A stretch of DNA of 64,000 nucleotides from a virus. Its lineage: Duplodnaviria > Heunggongvirae > Uroviricota > Caudoviricetes. The notes under the pieces were generated by a model. That model did not search any database, was not told where the DNA came from, and saw only the letters and a program-made list of their open reading frames with translations. A program made the position numbers and the translations under genes. This document shows positions 53,508 to 63,078 of the stretch, piece after piece (position 1 is the first letter of the stretch; each line of letters starts with the position of its first letter). Location of the stretch: the IMG/VR virus record IMGVR_UViG_3300024272_000009; one strand, given 5' to 3'.

Positions 53508-54477
53508 CTAGTTCTTCCTTGCTACAGCCTTCTGTAGCCTTTTTCCAGCCGCCAGAAAGGTCTTCAGTAACACCTTCATTAAGTGCTTCATTTAAGGTTT
53601 TAGCACTAACGGCTACTACACCAAATTCAGTACCAACAAGGAAATAGCCATTTGGGTCTGCCTTCATTTTAACGACACGTAGATTATTAATATTAGCAGG
53701 CACACGGTTAGCTGCTACAATCTTATCTAAGAAAGTCTGAGCCTCATTAGGGTCATCAAAATAGCATGTACAGTCTGTATAACCGTTACCGCTACTGATA
53801 AAAATCTTATTAGTATTTCCGGTTGCACCAGAAGAACTTAGAGGCTTAATAAACACATTAGGAGTGTTTTTACCTACCTTATCAGCAATAATTTTATAAA
53901 TAAGGCTAGTATCTGCGGTCACCTTATCACCTGGATTACCTTGTAGGTCTCTAACATTACCGGACTGAGGACCAGACTGCTTATAATTATTTTGAGGCGC
54001 AGAAGGTGCAACCTGAGCACCACCAGTAGAAGCTGTGGCAGAGCTCTGTGCAGTCTTACCAGAAAGCGCTGAAATATATCTGCCATACTTATAAACAGCT
54101 TCACCTAAAAGTGTTTTCTTAAATTCTGTTATCTCATAAGGAGTTCTAATAGTATCATCCCAATACAAGCCAACACATTCTGCCATATAAACCACAGCTT
54201 TAGCGATAGCTTCAGGCTTATAGCGGAAGTAACGTCCTCCATTCATAGGCTCAAAGCCATAATACGAGACATTTTTAATAGCTGCATCAACATCTTTAAA
54301 CTCACGTTCAACAAGCTCTGTACAAATTTGCTGTGCTGCACCAATAAAGCTGCTTGAGAAATTAGTAGAACCGCCGCTTCTTTGGTTACTTGTTCTAATT
54401 CCACCTGCCAGAGTCAAGTCATGCATTACAAGTTTTGCTTTCTGCTCTGACTCAGGTGTAGTAAAAATACGAGCCAT
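53476..54477 (-). CDS. hypothetical protein
   Basis: 333-aa ORF with a Gly/Ser/Gln-rich middle. It overlaps the AAA gene by 32 nt. Confidence 0.45.
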   Translation of the reverse strand: MARIFTTPESEQKAKLVMHDLTLAGGIRTSNQRSGGSTNFSSSFIGAAQQICTELVEREFKDVDAAIKNVSYYGFEPMNGGRYFRYKPEAIAKAVVYMAECVGLYWDDTIRTPYEITEFKKTLLGEAVYKYGRYISALSGKTAQSSATASTGGAQVAPSAPQNNYKQSGPQSGNVRDLQGNPGDKVTADTSLIYKIIADKVGKNTPNVFIKPLSSSGATGNTNKIFISSGNGYTDCTCYFDDPNEAQTFLDKIVAANRVPANINNLRVVKMKADPNGYFLVGTEFGVVAVSAKTLNEALNEGVTEDLSGGWKKATEGCSKEELDELHTWMRKD

Positions 54478-54522
54478 AATAACTCTCCTTTATTTATTTT
54501 TGTAATTATTAAATTATCAATT

Positions 54523-54530
54523 AATTTAGC
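54523..54530 (-). promoter_or_regulatory. GCTAAATT box
   Basis: Minus strand reads TTGCTAAATTAATTG, upstream of gene 53476..54477. Confidence 0.45.
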
Positions 54531-54539
54531 AATTAATTA

Positions 54540-56408
54540 CTAATCAATACTGATAATTCCTCTGCATTTAGGGTAGGCAGAGCAACCATAGAATAGTTTT
54601 CCAAATCTGCTTCTTCTAACTACCATAGGTTTGCCGCAATTTGGGCACTCTTTCTCTGGCATCTCTGGAGCAATACCGGTTTCATTAGTGGCTCCAATAA
54701 TATCTTGTAAATTTTTATAGAAATTTTCCATAAAGTCAAGCCAAAGAATTTTACCGCCGGCAATTTTATCAAGGCTTTCTTCCATTTCTTTAGTATAATT
54801 TAAATTTATTAAAGTAGGGAATGACCTATTACAGTAGTCAGCTAATTGCATACCACGATCAGTAGGAACAATGTGCTTTTCTTCCAACTTTGCGTAACCT
54901 CTTGTTGGGCTTAAAATTGTTTCTACTATTGTTACATAAGTAGATGGTCGGCCGATACTTCTATTCTGAAGCTCTTTAACTAAACTTGCCTCTGTATACC
55001 TAGGCTTAGGTTGTGTAAATTTTTTAGCTGCCTCAAGCTCAGCATCTTCCAAGGTTTCGCCAACGGTAAATATAGGCGTAGAAGCTATGTCAGAAGTATC
55101 ATCGTATTCATATACTGCTTTATAACCAGCACTTAAAAGCTCTTTTGAGCTAAGCGTAAATTTATGCCCGTTATTATTAATTATATAAATTGTTTCTGAA
55201 ATAACTGCATTTGGCATTGCTGAAGCAACAGTACGTTGCCATATTAGCCTATAAACTTTTGCAAGTAGTTCATTGCCAGTGGTAGCCTCTACAATATCTG
55301 GAGTCAGATTCGGGTTTGTGACTCTAAGGGCTTCGTGCCCATCTTGGTCTGTTTCTTTTTGTTTAGACTTTCTTGGCCCTACATAACTGGCTGCGCCGTA
55401 AGTATTTTCTATAAAAGTTTTTAGTTCTGGAATAAATTCTTGTGCAAATTCCGTAGAGTCTGTACGCATATACGTAATCAAACCAATGTGTTCGCCAGCT
55501 AGACTAATTCCTTCAAAGAGTTTTTGCGCACAGCTCATAGCATCTTTTACTTTAAGACCGAGCTTATTCGCTGCCTCCTGTTGAAAAGTAGCAGTACAAA
55601 ACGGCGGTTTTGGAGACTCTTGGTGCTTAACCACTTTGGTATCTTCAATTATATAAGCACCACCTTTGCAGTTGTTTATAACCGCATCAACGTCAGCTTG
55701 CCTTGAAAATTTATCAATAACCTCGTCATTATACCCAGCATATTTTGCTTTAAAAGCTGTACCATTTTTTATAAAGTTTAAATATAGATTAAAATACATT
55801 TCTGGTACAAAATCCATAATTTCTTTTTCTCTGTCTGAAACAAGTTTAAGTCCAACGGACTGACACCGCCCAACTGACTTAGCACCAAGATACTTTTTCG
55901 CTAAAGGACTAAGACCGTAGCCAATAAGTTTATCTATCATCATTCTGGTTAGCCCAGCATTTACGATATTATCATCAAAAGGTACAGGATTTTCTAATGC
56001 ATATACAACTGCTTTAGGTGTTATTTCATGCATAACGATCCTAAAGCACTTGTCAACAGGCAGTTCACAAAATTTAATTAAGCTCCACCCAATTACAAAG
56101 CCTTCTCTATCTTGGTCGGTTCCAATATAAATTTTATCTGCAATTTTTGCCTGTGCGATAATATCTGCTACTACTTTTTGCTTATCATCAGCAATAGCCA
56201 GATTCATTCTAAATTTTTGCTTTGGATATATGCCTGAATTATAAGCAGGTCCACCATCGCCAAGTTTCATAATGTGACCGACAGAGGCCATTACTACTGC
56301 TTTTGCATAACCAGCCTTTTTCAGTATTCCTGAGATAGTTTTTACCTTATTAGGCGATTCGACTATTACAAGTATCCTTTCATTGTTTGTTTTCACTTTG
56401 CTGCTCAT
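54540..56408 (-). CDS. type IA DNA topoisomerase (Topo I/III-like) with C-terminal zinc ribbon
   Basis: 622 aa. The TOPRIM motif reads ILVIVESPNKVKTI. The acidic triad reads IYIGTDQDREG. The C-terminal ribbon is CPNCGKPMVV...CSAYPKC. Confidence 0.85.
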   Translation of the reverse strand: MSSKVKTNNERILVIVESPNKVKTISGILKKAGYAKAVVMASVGHIMKLGDGGPAYNSGIYPKQKFRMNLAIADDKQKVVADIIAQAKIADKIYIGTDQDREGFVIGWSLIKFCELPVDKCFRIVMHEITPKAVVYALENPVPFDDNIVNAGLTRMMIDKLIGYGLSPLAKKYLGAKSVGRCQSVGLKLVSDREKEIMDFVPEMYFNLYLNFIKNGTAFKAKYAGYNDEVIDKFSRQADVDAVINNCKGGAYIIEDTKVVKHQESPKPPFCTATFQQEAANKLGLKVKDAMSCAQKLFEGISLAGEHIGLITYMRTDSTEFAQEFIPELKTFIENTYGAASYVGPRKSKQKETDQDGHEALRVTNPNLTPDIVEATTGNELLAKVYRLIWQRTVASAMPNAVISETIYIINNNGHKFTLSSKELLSAGYKAVYEYDDTSDIASTPIFTVGETLEDAELEAAKKFTQPKPRYTEASLVKELQNRSIGRPSTYVTIVETILSPTRGYAKLEEKHIVPTDRGMQLADYCNRSFPTLINLNYTKEMEESLDKIAGGKILWLDFMENFYKNLQDIIGATNETGIAPEMPEKECPNCGKPMVVRRSRFGKLFYGCSAYPKCRGIISID

Positions 56409-56562
56409 TAGATCTCTCCTTATGTAAACTTTCTTCTAAGAGTTGTCTAATAACAGCAGAAATACTAACTGAACGTTTGAAAGCTTCTAATCTAAGCTCT
56501 TCTCGTAATTCGTCAGATATTTCTAAGCTTATCATCTTCTTTGCCATTATTTTATTCCTCAC
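56380..56562 (-). CDS. ribbon-helix-helix DNA-binding protein
   Basis: 60 aa. KMISLEISDELREELRLEAFKRSVSISAVIRQLLEE shows the RHH beta-alpha-alpha pattern. It overlaps the topoisomerase start by 29 nt. Confidence 0.5.
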   Translation of the reverse strand: MRNKIMAKKMISLEISDELREELRLEAFKRSVSISAVIRQLLEESLHKERSNEQQSENKQ

Positions 56563-57347
56563 TTATGAGACTTTTTGTGTACTTTTGACACAAAGTTTTT
56601 AAACTCGGCTCTTTGTCTGGCCTTTTCAGAGGCACCTGCCGTCGCAATAGCTTTGTTAGCTGCCTTATTTGCCTTTGCATGTCGGTCTGTCTCGTGCTCA
56701 GACTCTACTACTGTAATACGACCATTGATAACATTTTCAGTAAACTTGAGATTTCTAAACTGCTTAGCAGCAACATCGTCTGATTCGATAACAGTCTTTA
56801 AACTTTCGATACGCGCAGGTAAGAAGGTATCTTTGTAGAAAGGAATAATCTCAGCAAGGTCTGACTCTTCGATCTTGCCATCTTCTTCAATGTCAGAAAC
56901 AAGGCCAAGCGCACTAGGAAGAACTCCGTCAATAATTTGAGCCTGTTGATCAAACATGCTTGCCGCAATGCCTATAAGCTTGTTATCTTCGTACTTAAAA
57001 TCATCATTGTAATAAACAACAGTAATTTCTTCAGGTCTACCGATTACAATCTCTTTGCCAGGCATTGATGCACAGGTTTCGATAACAATGTTGAGGCCCT
57101 TCTTTTTCGTGATAATAGGGTTAATAAAAGTCTTAATCTGGTCATTAAATCTTAAACAAAAGATACGCTTATTAATACCAATCTGAGGAGCAGAAAGTGC
57201 AATAAGATCTGGATTCGCATTAAGAACTTCTTTGATCTTGCTGATAATCTCAGTGCCTTCCTCAGTTTTAGGACCTTCTTCTGTTAAAAATGTTAAAGGT
57301 TCTACTGGTGTGCTAAGTACTTCAGCATCAGTAATAATTGTTTCCAT
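56559..57347 (-). CDS. peptide deformylase-like protein with degenerate catalytic motif
   Basis: 262 aa. PDF motif I is present as ALSAPQIG, and motif II is ETCAS (EGCLS-like, Cys kept). In place of HEXXH the sequence reads QQAQIIDG. A C-terminal K/A-rich extension of about 100 aa follows. Confidence 0.5.
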   Translation of the reverse strand: METIITDAEVLSTPVEPLTFLTEEGPKTEEGTEIISKIKEVLNANPDLIALSAPQIGINKRIFCLRFNDQIKTFINPIITKKKGLNIVIETCASMPGKEIVIGRPEEITVVYYNDDFKYEDNKLIGIAASMFDQQAQIIDGVLPSALGLVSDIEEDGKIEESDLAEIIPFYKDTFLPARIESLKTVIESDDVAAKQFRNLKFTENVINGRITVVESEHETDRHAKANKAANKAIATAGASEKARQRAEFKNFVSKVHKKSHK

Positions 57348-57393
57348 TTAAATATCTCCTTATAAATCTAAATATACAATATATTATACATTA

Positions 57394-57401
57394 AATTTAG
57401 C
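57394..57401 (-). promoter_or_regulatory. GCTAAATT box plus TGTATAAT element upstream of the PDF-like gene
   Basis: Minus strand reads GGCTAAATTTAATGTATAATATATTG. It is followed by AAGGAG and the ATG. Confidence 0.5.
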
Positions 57402-57454
57402 CAATTTTAATAATTTTAAATCTATTAAATTAATAAATTAATAACTTAATAGCC

Positions 57455-57487
57455 GAAAAAAGCGAGCTTAGTGCTCGCTTTTGTTTT
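57455..57487 (-). terminator. bidirectional hairpin terminator overlapping the stop of gene 57468..57836
   Basis: aagcgagc (57460-57467) pairs with gctcgctt (57473-57480). T runs lie on both sides. Confidence 0.65.
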
Positions 57488-57836
57488 TAAGAGACTCAAG
57501 AGCTGCTTTAAAGTGGATAAGCATGTCTGAGTTTTCTGCTTTAACTGAGTCAATATCTGCACCAAGTCTTGTTAGTTCATCAAGAATTTCTTTGTGCTGT
57601 TTTACATAAGCTTCTTTTTTAGATTTACGGTTAGGCATATTTAGAAGATACATAATGTAAACAAGCCTATGATAATTTTCTTCTAGCCCTGCGACAATCT
57701 CTATAGCTTCTTGCATTTGGTCTTCAGTAATATGCCCTTCTTTTAGTGCTTCTTCGAAGTCAGCTAAATTCTGTTTTTCTTCAATATACTGACAAAGCAT
57801 CGTATAAAAATAATTCTTTACATCTTTTAGTGCCAT
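57468..57836 (-). CDS. hypothetical protein
   Basis: 122-aa ORF. Confidence 0.5.
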   Translation of the reverse strand: MALKDVKNYFYTMLCQYIEEKQNLADFEEALKEGHITEDQMQEAIEIVAGLEENYHRLVYIMYLLNMPNRKSKKEAYVKQHKEILDELTRLGADIDSVKAENSDMLIHFKAALESLKNKSEH

Positions 57837-57845
57837 AAATACCTC

Positions 57846-58205
57846 TTAAGCATTTTCAAAGTACTGTTGCACAGCTGGAAAAGCTTGCCATGCTTCGTAT
57901 TCGGTGATTTCTTCTATTGAATTAATTTCTTTTCTGAAGTCGTTTATAAACTTGTCAATTTCTTTACAAATACCTGCTTCTTTATAGTCCATTTTTTTAT
58001 AGGTAACTGAAAAGTCATTTATAAGTACTTCGATATCTGGACAGACCGGGCCAAACTTAATAATAGAAGTTTTGCCCATAATTGTTCTTAGGATAATGTA
58101 ATAGTCATCGAGTTTTACATTTGTGCATCTCAATGCAGTATTACCAATATCTACTACATCAATTGAATCGTTAAAAGTTCTTTGTGCGGAGTATTCAAAA
58201 ATCAT
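57846..58205 (-). CDS. hypothetical protein
   Basis: 119-aa ORF. Confidence 0.5.
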   Translation of the reverse strand: MIFEYSAQRTFNDSIDVVDIGNTALRCTNVKLDDYYIILRTIMGKTSIIKFGPVCPDIEVLINDFSVTYKKMDYKEAGICKEIDKFINDFRKEINSIEEITEYEAWQAFPAVQQYFENA

Positions 58206-58522
58206 TAGTTGGTAAAACCTCCGATTTTTAAATAATATTTATCATTATCGAAGTCAGCAATCAAGAAAAGAGTATACTTTTCATTATCTTCTTCGAGCTC
58301 AAAATAATTCGTAACTTTTACGGTAGAGTTGCTAGTATTTGTACCAAAAGTAGGAAATTCAGTGTTAATTGCATTCTTACTTAGCTTGGTGTACATTTTT
58401 GCATACTCATCACTATTTTCGATATTAATAATATAAAAGCGATTATCATACTTGCCGGTTTCTTCGATGCCAAGTCTGGCTAAAATATTTTTTAACGGAT
58501 TATTCATCGTCTGTTTCCTCAC
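58205..58522 (-). CDS. hypothetical protein
   Basis: 105-aa ORF. Confidence 0.45.
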   Translation of the reverse strand: MRKQTMNNPLKNILARLGIEETGKYDNRFYIINIENSDEYAKMYTKLSKNAINTEFPTFGTNTSNSTVKVTNYFELEEDNEKYTLFLIADFDNDKYYLKIGGFTN

Positions 58523-59063
58523 TTATTATTTCTTCTGCTTCAACTTCAGTGTACTCAGCAGGTTGTGCTTCAGCAGTTGATGCATTAGATATGCTACTTA
58601 ATAGACTCATTACAGCAGACTTAACACGTTCTCTTGAGTCTCTATTTAAGTTATTTCCAGCACCACCAATATTGACTTCGTTGGTCTGCTGATTTACTTG
58701 AATTAGAGGAGTTTCTCCGGAGCCAGAAACCTGTTTTTGACCGCGTTCAATAAGATCTTGCACTATCTTTAGACCGTCGAAAAGTTCTTTATTTGAAATT
58801 TCATCCGGCCTGGTAGTAAATCTTGTAACTGCCTGGTCTGTGATCGTATCTAGCAGGTCACTCAGCTTGTTAACTCTTACCATAGTTTTTTTATTCTGGT
58901 TTGCATTAAATAGCTGTGTTAGGTCTCTAGCTCGCTGCTCATCAGTTTCAGAAACAATCTGTTCAATTAATGCCATAGACTCCTCATTAAGTTTAACCCT
59001 AGAACTAACTGGTACAATACCAGTTTCAGTATCATTGGTTTCTACTGGGTAGTCATTTGACAT
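58500..59063 (-). CDS. hypothetical protein
   Basis: 187-aa ORF with acidic termini. Confidence 0.5.
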   Translation of the reverse strand: MSNDYPVETNDTETGIVPVSSRVKLNEESMALIEQIVSETDEQRARDLTQLFNANQNKKTMVRVNKLSDLLDTITDQAVTRFTTRPDEISNKELFDGLKIVQDLIERGQKQVSGSGETPLIQVNQQTNEVNIGGAGNNLNRDSRERVKSAVMSLLSSISNASTAEAQPAEYTEVEAEEIISEETDDE

Positions 59064-59064
59064 A

Positions 59065-59421
59065 TTAAATCACCTCATCACAGATTGCGAGAAGTCTATC
59101 CGCAAAGGCCTGCTCCAGCATAATCTCAAGCGGGTCAGTCTGGTTAGTCACAGCAGATTTAATTGCAGTTTTAAGGTTTTTTCCAGGTACAAACTTACAC
59201 TGCATATCGATCAAGTTAATGCTAAGTGTGCCGATTCCAATGCCAATAGTCAAGCACTCTTCTCCATTGCGCTTTGCTTCATTAATTGCACTACCGATAC
59301 ACAAACAGGCTTTATCAGTTAACTCGGTAGTAACTTTAGTAGGAATTTTAAGTAGTGTTCCTACATCACTTACAATATTTATTTGTGTTGACATAACTTT
59401 ATTCCTTTCAGTTGCTATCAA
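59065..59421 (-). CDS. hypothetical protein
   Basis: 118-aa ORF. Confidence 0.45.
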   Translation of the reverse strand: MIATERNKVMSTQINIVSDVGTLLKIPTKVTTELTDKACLCIGSAINEAKRNGEECLTIGIGIGTLSINLIDMQCKFVPGKNLKTAIKSAVTNQTDPLEIMLEQAFADRLLAICDEVI

Positions 59422-59629
59422 TACGCTTTAGGATTTTCATTGGGTCTTGCCCATTTAGGTTCCAGATACTTTTTAAAATATCTGATAAATAAATCTCATA
59501 GGATTTATCTAGTTTATATTTAATGCTGTGTGCCATTATTTCTGTTGGCGTATGCTTATTTGCAAAAATATCGTGGATAAAATTAACTCTAGTCTCAAAC
59601 GTTCGTGCATTTCTATCAAATTTTGCCAT
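59408..59629 (-). CDS. hypothetical protein
   Basis: 73-aa ORF. Confidence 0.4.
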   Translation of the reverse strand: MAKFDRNARTFETRVNFIHDIFANKHTPTEIMAHSIKYKLDKSYEIYLSDILKSIWNLNGQDPMKILKRIDSN

Positions 59630-60024
59630 TAGCTTTTTTGAATTTGACTCCTATCAATATTATATTGTTTCATTATAGGAATTAACTTTACATATAGCTC
59701 AGTTACTTCATCTTTTTCTTTATTGGTAAGCTTACCAAGTTTATTTTGGGCCGCAGTAAAGGTTTCTCCGTCAATATTTATGTACTGATACATTAACAAC
59801 GCGTTTGTTACTATAGTCATTTCCGATTCCGTAGGAAATGTGACCGTTCTACCTGCAAAGTAAGTTAGCAGGCGTGTCATATTTGCGCCATCAAGTAGAT
59901 AACATAATTCACTAGTAACAGCATATTCAGGTATTTCTTGTACCTTAAACAGAATAAACAGCATTAAAGAATAGATATCCGACAGATGTAGGTTATTTAA
60001 ATTCTTTTTAATATTAGTCTTCAT
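59629..60024 (-). CDS. hypothetical protein
   Basis: 131-aa ORF. Confidence 0.45.
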   Translation of the reverse strand: MKTNIKKNLNNLHLSDIYSLMLFILFKVQEIPEYAVTSELCYLLDGANMTRLLTYFAGRTVTFPTESEMTIVTNALLMYQYINIDGETFTAAQNKLGKLTNKEKDEVTELYVKLIPIMKQYNIDRSQIQKS

Positions 60025-60832
60025 TAAGATGCCAATCCTCCGTAGTGGTTGTTAAGATATTTTCTAAGACATCATCACTTAAGTCTGCTTCTTTATAACA
60101 ATCGATAATTTCAAGCTTAAGTGCTGTAAAAAATTCTTTTAAAAGCACTTTAGTATAACTTGACATGCTCTTAGGTAAATGCCATAAAATAACACTCTGA
60201 GGTGTTGCATTTAGCTTTTTCTTGTTTTTTAGCACCTGTAGACTTGTAAGTAAAATAGAGATCTTTAAATTTTGATACTCAGGAGTAGTACTATTAAAAG
60301 GTGACTTCTGTAAAACTTCTTCCAAGATTGCATCACTATGCTTTAAAGCTGTAGTAACGTATTCTTTAAATTGGTCTGTTACACCTGAGTCAGCTCTTGC
60401 TTGACTCTTTAGCTGTTCTTTGTATGCGATAGCATCAAACTTAGTGGATACAAACTCTTCTTCAATAATCTCTCTAAAGCTTTCTCGCTGGTACTCAATC
60501 TTCATGGGGTAGAGCAGTGCCTTAGTATAATTTAAGCAAGATTTAATCGGTCGAATTAGTTTACCTTTAATAGTTTTACCTTGATTTAGTTGATTTTTTC
60601 TTAGTGCTAGATATAATCGATTTGCTGAGTAAAAAGCATACATATCATAATCTTGGAAGTCTTTGAACATACACTTTTTAATTGCAAGAGCTTTAACTAG
60701 CAGCCACAAATAATTATAGATTGTATTTTCTAGCTCTGGGTGCTCTCCTGGGTTAACGATCTTCGGCACGTTTTCATCGATAAAGATACACATATCGGTG
60801 AACTTCATGCCACTGGGTTTTTTCCATAACAT
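60014..60832 (-). CDS. hypothetical protein
   Basis: 272-aa ORF. Confidence 0.5.
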   Translation of the reverse strand: MLWKKPSGMKFTDMCIFIDENVPKIVNPGEHPELENTIYNYLWLLVKALAIKKCMFKDFQDYDMYAFYSANRLYLALRKNQLNQGKTIKGKLIRPIKSCLNYTKALLYPMKIEYQRESFREIIEEEFVSTKFDAIAYKEQLKSQARADSGVTDQFKEYVTTALKHSDAILEEVLQKSPFNSTTPEYQNLKISILLTSLQVLKNKKKLNATPQSVILWHLPKSMSSYTKVLLKEFFTALKLEIIDCYKEADLSDDVLENILTTTTEDWHLNED

Positions 60833-60847
60833 TTATAATACCTCACT

Positions 60848-62710
60848 TTAGCACAGTTCACTGATGCCGTGCTCATTTTTTATTACTTTAATTTCCGAGT
60901 CTACTGGAATTTCCAGCTCATCAACATGATGAGAAATAATAAAGACTGACTCGACAGTTTGTAGTTCTTTCTCAAGAAGTTGCATTACTGCTTGACAACT
61001 TTTCTTATCCAGGAAGTCTGTTATCTCATCGAGTACAAGAATATTTGCGCTTAGTCCGAGATAGGAGTTTAAAAGATCTCTTATAGCAAGCTGCAAGATT
61101 AGGTCAACTCTCTGTTTTTCGCCGCCGGACAGGCCATCAAATGATTTACCACAATATGTAATATCAAGGGCATTGCCATTTATTTCAAGCACAAGCTCTC
61201 GTGTACCAAAAACTGTTGCACAGTAATCTTTTGCTTTATTATCAATATAGTTAATAATATTTGTAAGTAAATACCCACGAAAATCTCGTTTGGTCAGCTG
61301 GTCCATTTTCTTAACAATTAAGAGGCGCTGATCTAAGTCTTCTTTTGATAAGCTTGTGAGTGAAATAATATTAGTCAACCTTGCAATTTCGGCCTCAAGA
61401 CAGCTAATTTCATCCTGCTGTCTTTTAACGTAGCTATCCCAGTTTTGTTTATCATAAACAAGTTTATTATAGTTATTTCGCTCAAGCTCGAGAGCCGCTA
61501 TACAGCTTGCGTAGTCAGTTCGTGCTTTTTGTAGCACGGCCTTTTCTGATGCAATAGTTTTATTCAAAGACTCAAACTCGTCCTTAAAAGCATTTTCAAT
61601 TTGTGTTTTATACTCAGAGTGTTTTGCTTCACACTGACTGACTTCTGTATTCAAATCATCAAGTGCTTTATAAAGTTTCTCCAAGTCTCTTTCCATGTAG
61701 CCAGTATCTGGCTTTTGTACATTTGGAATGTGCTGACCACAAGTAGGACAAGTATCAATGATAGACTGAAGCTTTTTAATTTCTTTTTGCATTGCCTTAA
61801 TATCAAATTCAAGTCTAGCTTTGTTTGTAGTAAGGGCAGTACTAGAAGCAGTATAAGCAGCAAGCTCTTCATTGCTTACCTTGGCCTTTTCATTGGTAAG
61901 CTCAAGAAGTCTGGTATTCAGAACTTCAAGTTCTGCCTCTGCTGAAGCAATCAAGACATCAAGCTGTGCCTTCTGTTGTTCTGCTTGTGCTATCTTTACA
62001 TCATGGCAAGCAAGCAATAAATCAAAATCAGGACGATGTTGATTTTCTAAAGTAGTTTTTAGTCTATCGATGTTTGTTGTGTAGCTATTTAACTGTGTTC
62101 TATTTGCTAGCAGGCTATCTTCAAACTCTCGTATCTTATCACTTAATTCTTGCTGTCTGGCGGCGATACGAGTCTTAAGGTCATCAATCATAAAATCAGA
62201 TTTAGTAAGTCTTTCAAGCAAGTCCTTTCGTCCAGACGGACTAAAAGAGGAAAACTTATTTGGCATACCCTGTCCAATAATGATTGTAGAGGCAATAAGA
62301 TCTTTTGAAAGCTCTGGCAAAAGCTCTGACAGCTTTTTCTCTGACTCTCTTATACCCTTACCACTAAGGTCAATATCATTCTTAAAAATTTTTAAATCTG
62401 ACTTTGGTGCTAGCGTTCTAAGCAAATTATACAAATCTTTATTATATAAAAATTCTAGCTGAATATAGCAGTCAGGTTCATCTGTGTGAATGTTTTTAAG
62501 ATTTGTTTTAATACCATTAATAGTTTCACCAGTTAAAGCATAACAGATTGCACTCCATAAGAAGCTCTTTCCTGAACCATTTGATAGAGCATTGTCTTTT
62601 ATAAAATTGTTTTGTCCAGAAACTAAACAAAACCCACGATTTTGAAGCTCAAGCTCTACATGCCCGTAGCTACCAAAATTGTGTATTACTACTTTTTTAA
62701 ATTGGATCAT
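60848..62710 (-). CDS. Rad50/SbcC-like recombination ATPase (T4 gp46-like)
   Basis: 620 aa. The N-terminal Walker A reads SNGSGKSF. A long central coiled-coil has a CPTCG zinc hook. The C-terminal signature and Walker B read LSGGEKQRVDL...ILVLDEITDFLD. Confidence 0.8.
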   Translation of the reverse strand: MIQFKKVVIHNFGSYGHVELELQNRGFCLVSGQNNFIKDNALSNGSGKSFLWSAICYALTGETINGIKTNLKNIHTDEPDCYIQLEFLYNKDLYNLLRTLAPKSDLKIFKNDIDLSGKGIRESEKKLSELLPELSKDLIASTIIIGQGMPNKFSSFSPSGRKDLLERLTKSDFMIDDLKTRIAARQQELSDKIREFEDSLLANRTQLNSYTTNIDRLKTTLENQHRPDFDLLLACHDVKIAQAEQQKAQLDVLIASAEAELEVLNTRLLELTNEKAKVSNEELAAYTASSTALTTNKARLEFDIKAMQKEIKKLQSIIDTCPTCGQHIPNVQKPDTGYMERDLEKLYKALDDLNTEVSQCEAKHSEYKTQIENAFKDEFESLNKTIASEKAVLQKARTDYASCIAALELERNNYNKLVYDKQNWDSYVKRQQDEISCLEAEIARLTNIISLTSLSKEDLDQRLLIVKKMDQLTKRDFRGYLLTNIINYIDNKAKDYCATVFGTRELVLEINGNALDITYCGKSFDGLSGGEKQRVDLILQLAIRDLLNSYLGLSANILVLDEITDFLDKKSCQAVMQLLEKELQTVESVFIISHHVDELEIPVDSEIKVIKNEHGISELC

Positions 62711-63017
62711 TTAATACTAGCCATTCCTCCATGTTTAGTTTTAAAAACTCGCAGAAGTTTTTCCAATGAAATTCTTTCAGTTTGTTATCTTCACAAACCT
62801 GATACGCCTCAAATTCATCAATAGCAACCATAAGAGCAGCTAATGAAGCGTTTTCTGAAATATTTAAGTTAGAAATAATACAAATATCTCTTATATACTT
62901 TAAATGTTCCACAAACAAAATAATGCTAGCCTGCGGCACCTTAATCAAAAGCTTCTTTAAGTTATTAAATCTTTTATTATAAGCTTTGTTTAGGTTATTT
63001 AATTGCCTATTTTTCAT
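62697..63017 (-). CDS. hypothetical protein
   Basis: 106-aa ORF between the nuclease and ATPase genes. Confidence 0.45.
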   Translation of the reverse strand: MKNRQLNNLNKAYNKRFNNLKKLLIKVPQASIILFVEHLKYIRDICIISNLNISENASLAALMVAIDEFEAYQVCEDNKLKEFHWKNFCEFLKLNMEEWLVLNDPI

Positions 63018-63078
63018 GTTAGTCTAAGTAACTCCTTAATATATTATACGATATTTTAAATAAATACTGACTTTGTAT

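Noticed and set aside
53919-54104. 61-aa ORF inside gene 53476..54477 in another frame
   Set aside because: It is an off-frame reading of that gene's Gly/Ser/Gln-rich middle region, with no independent signals.
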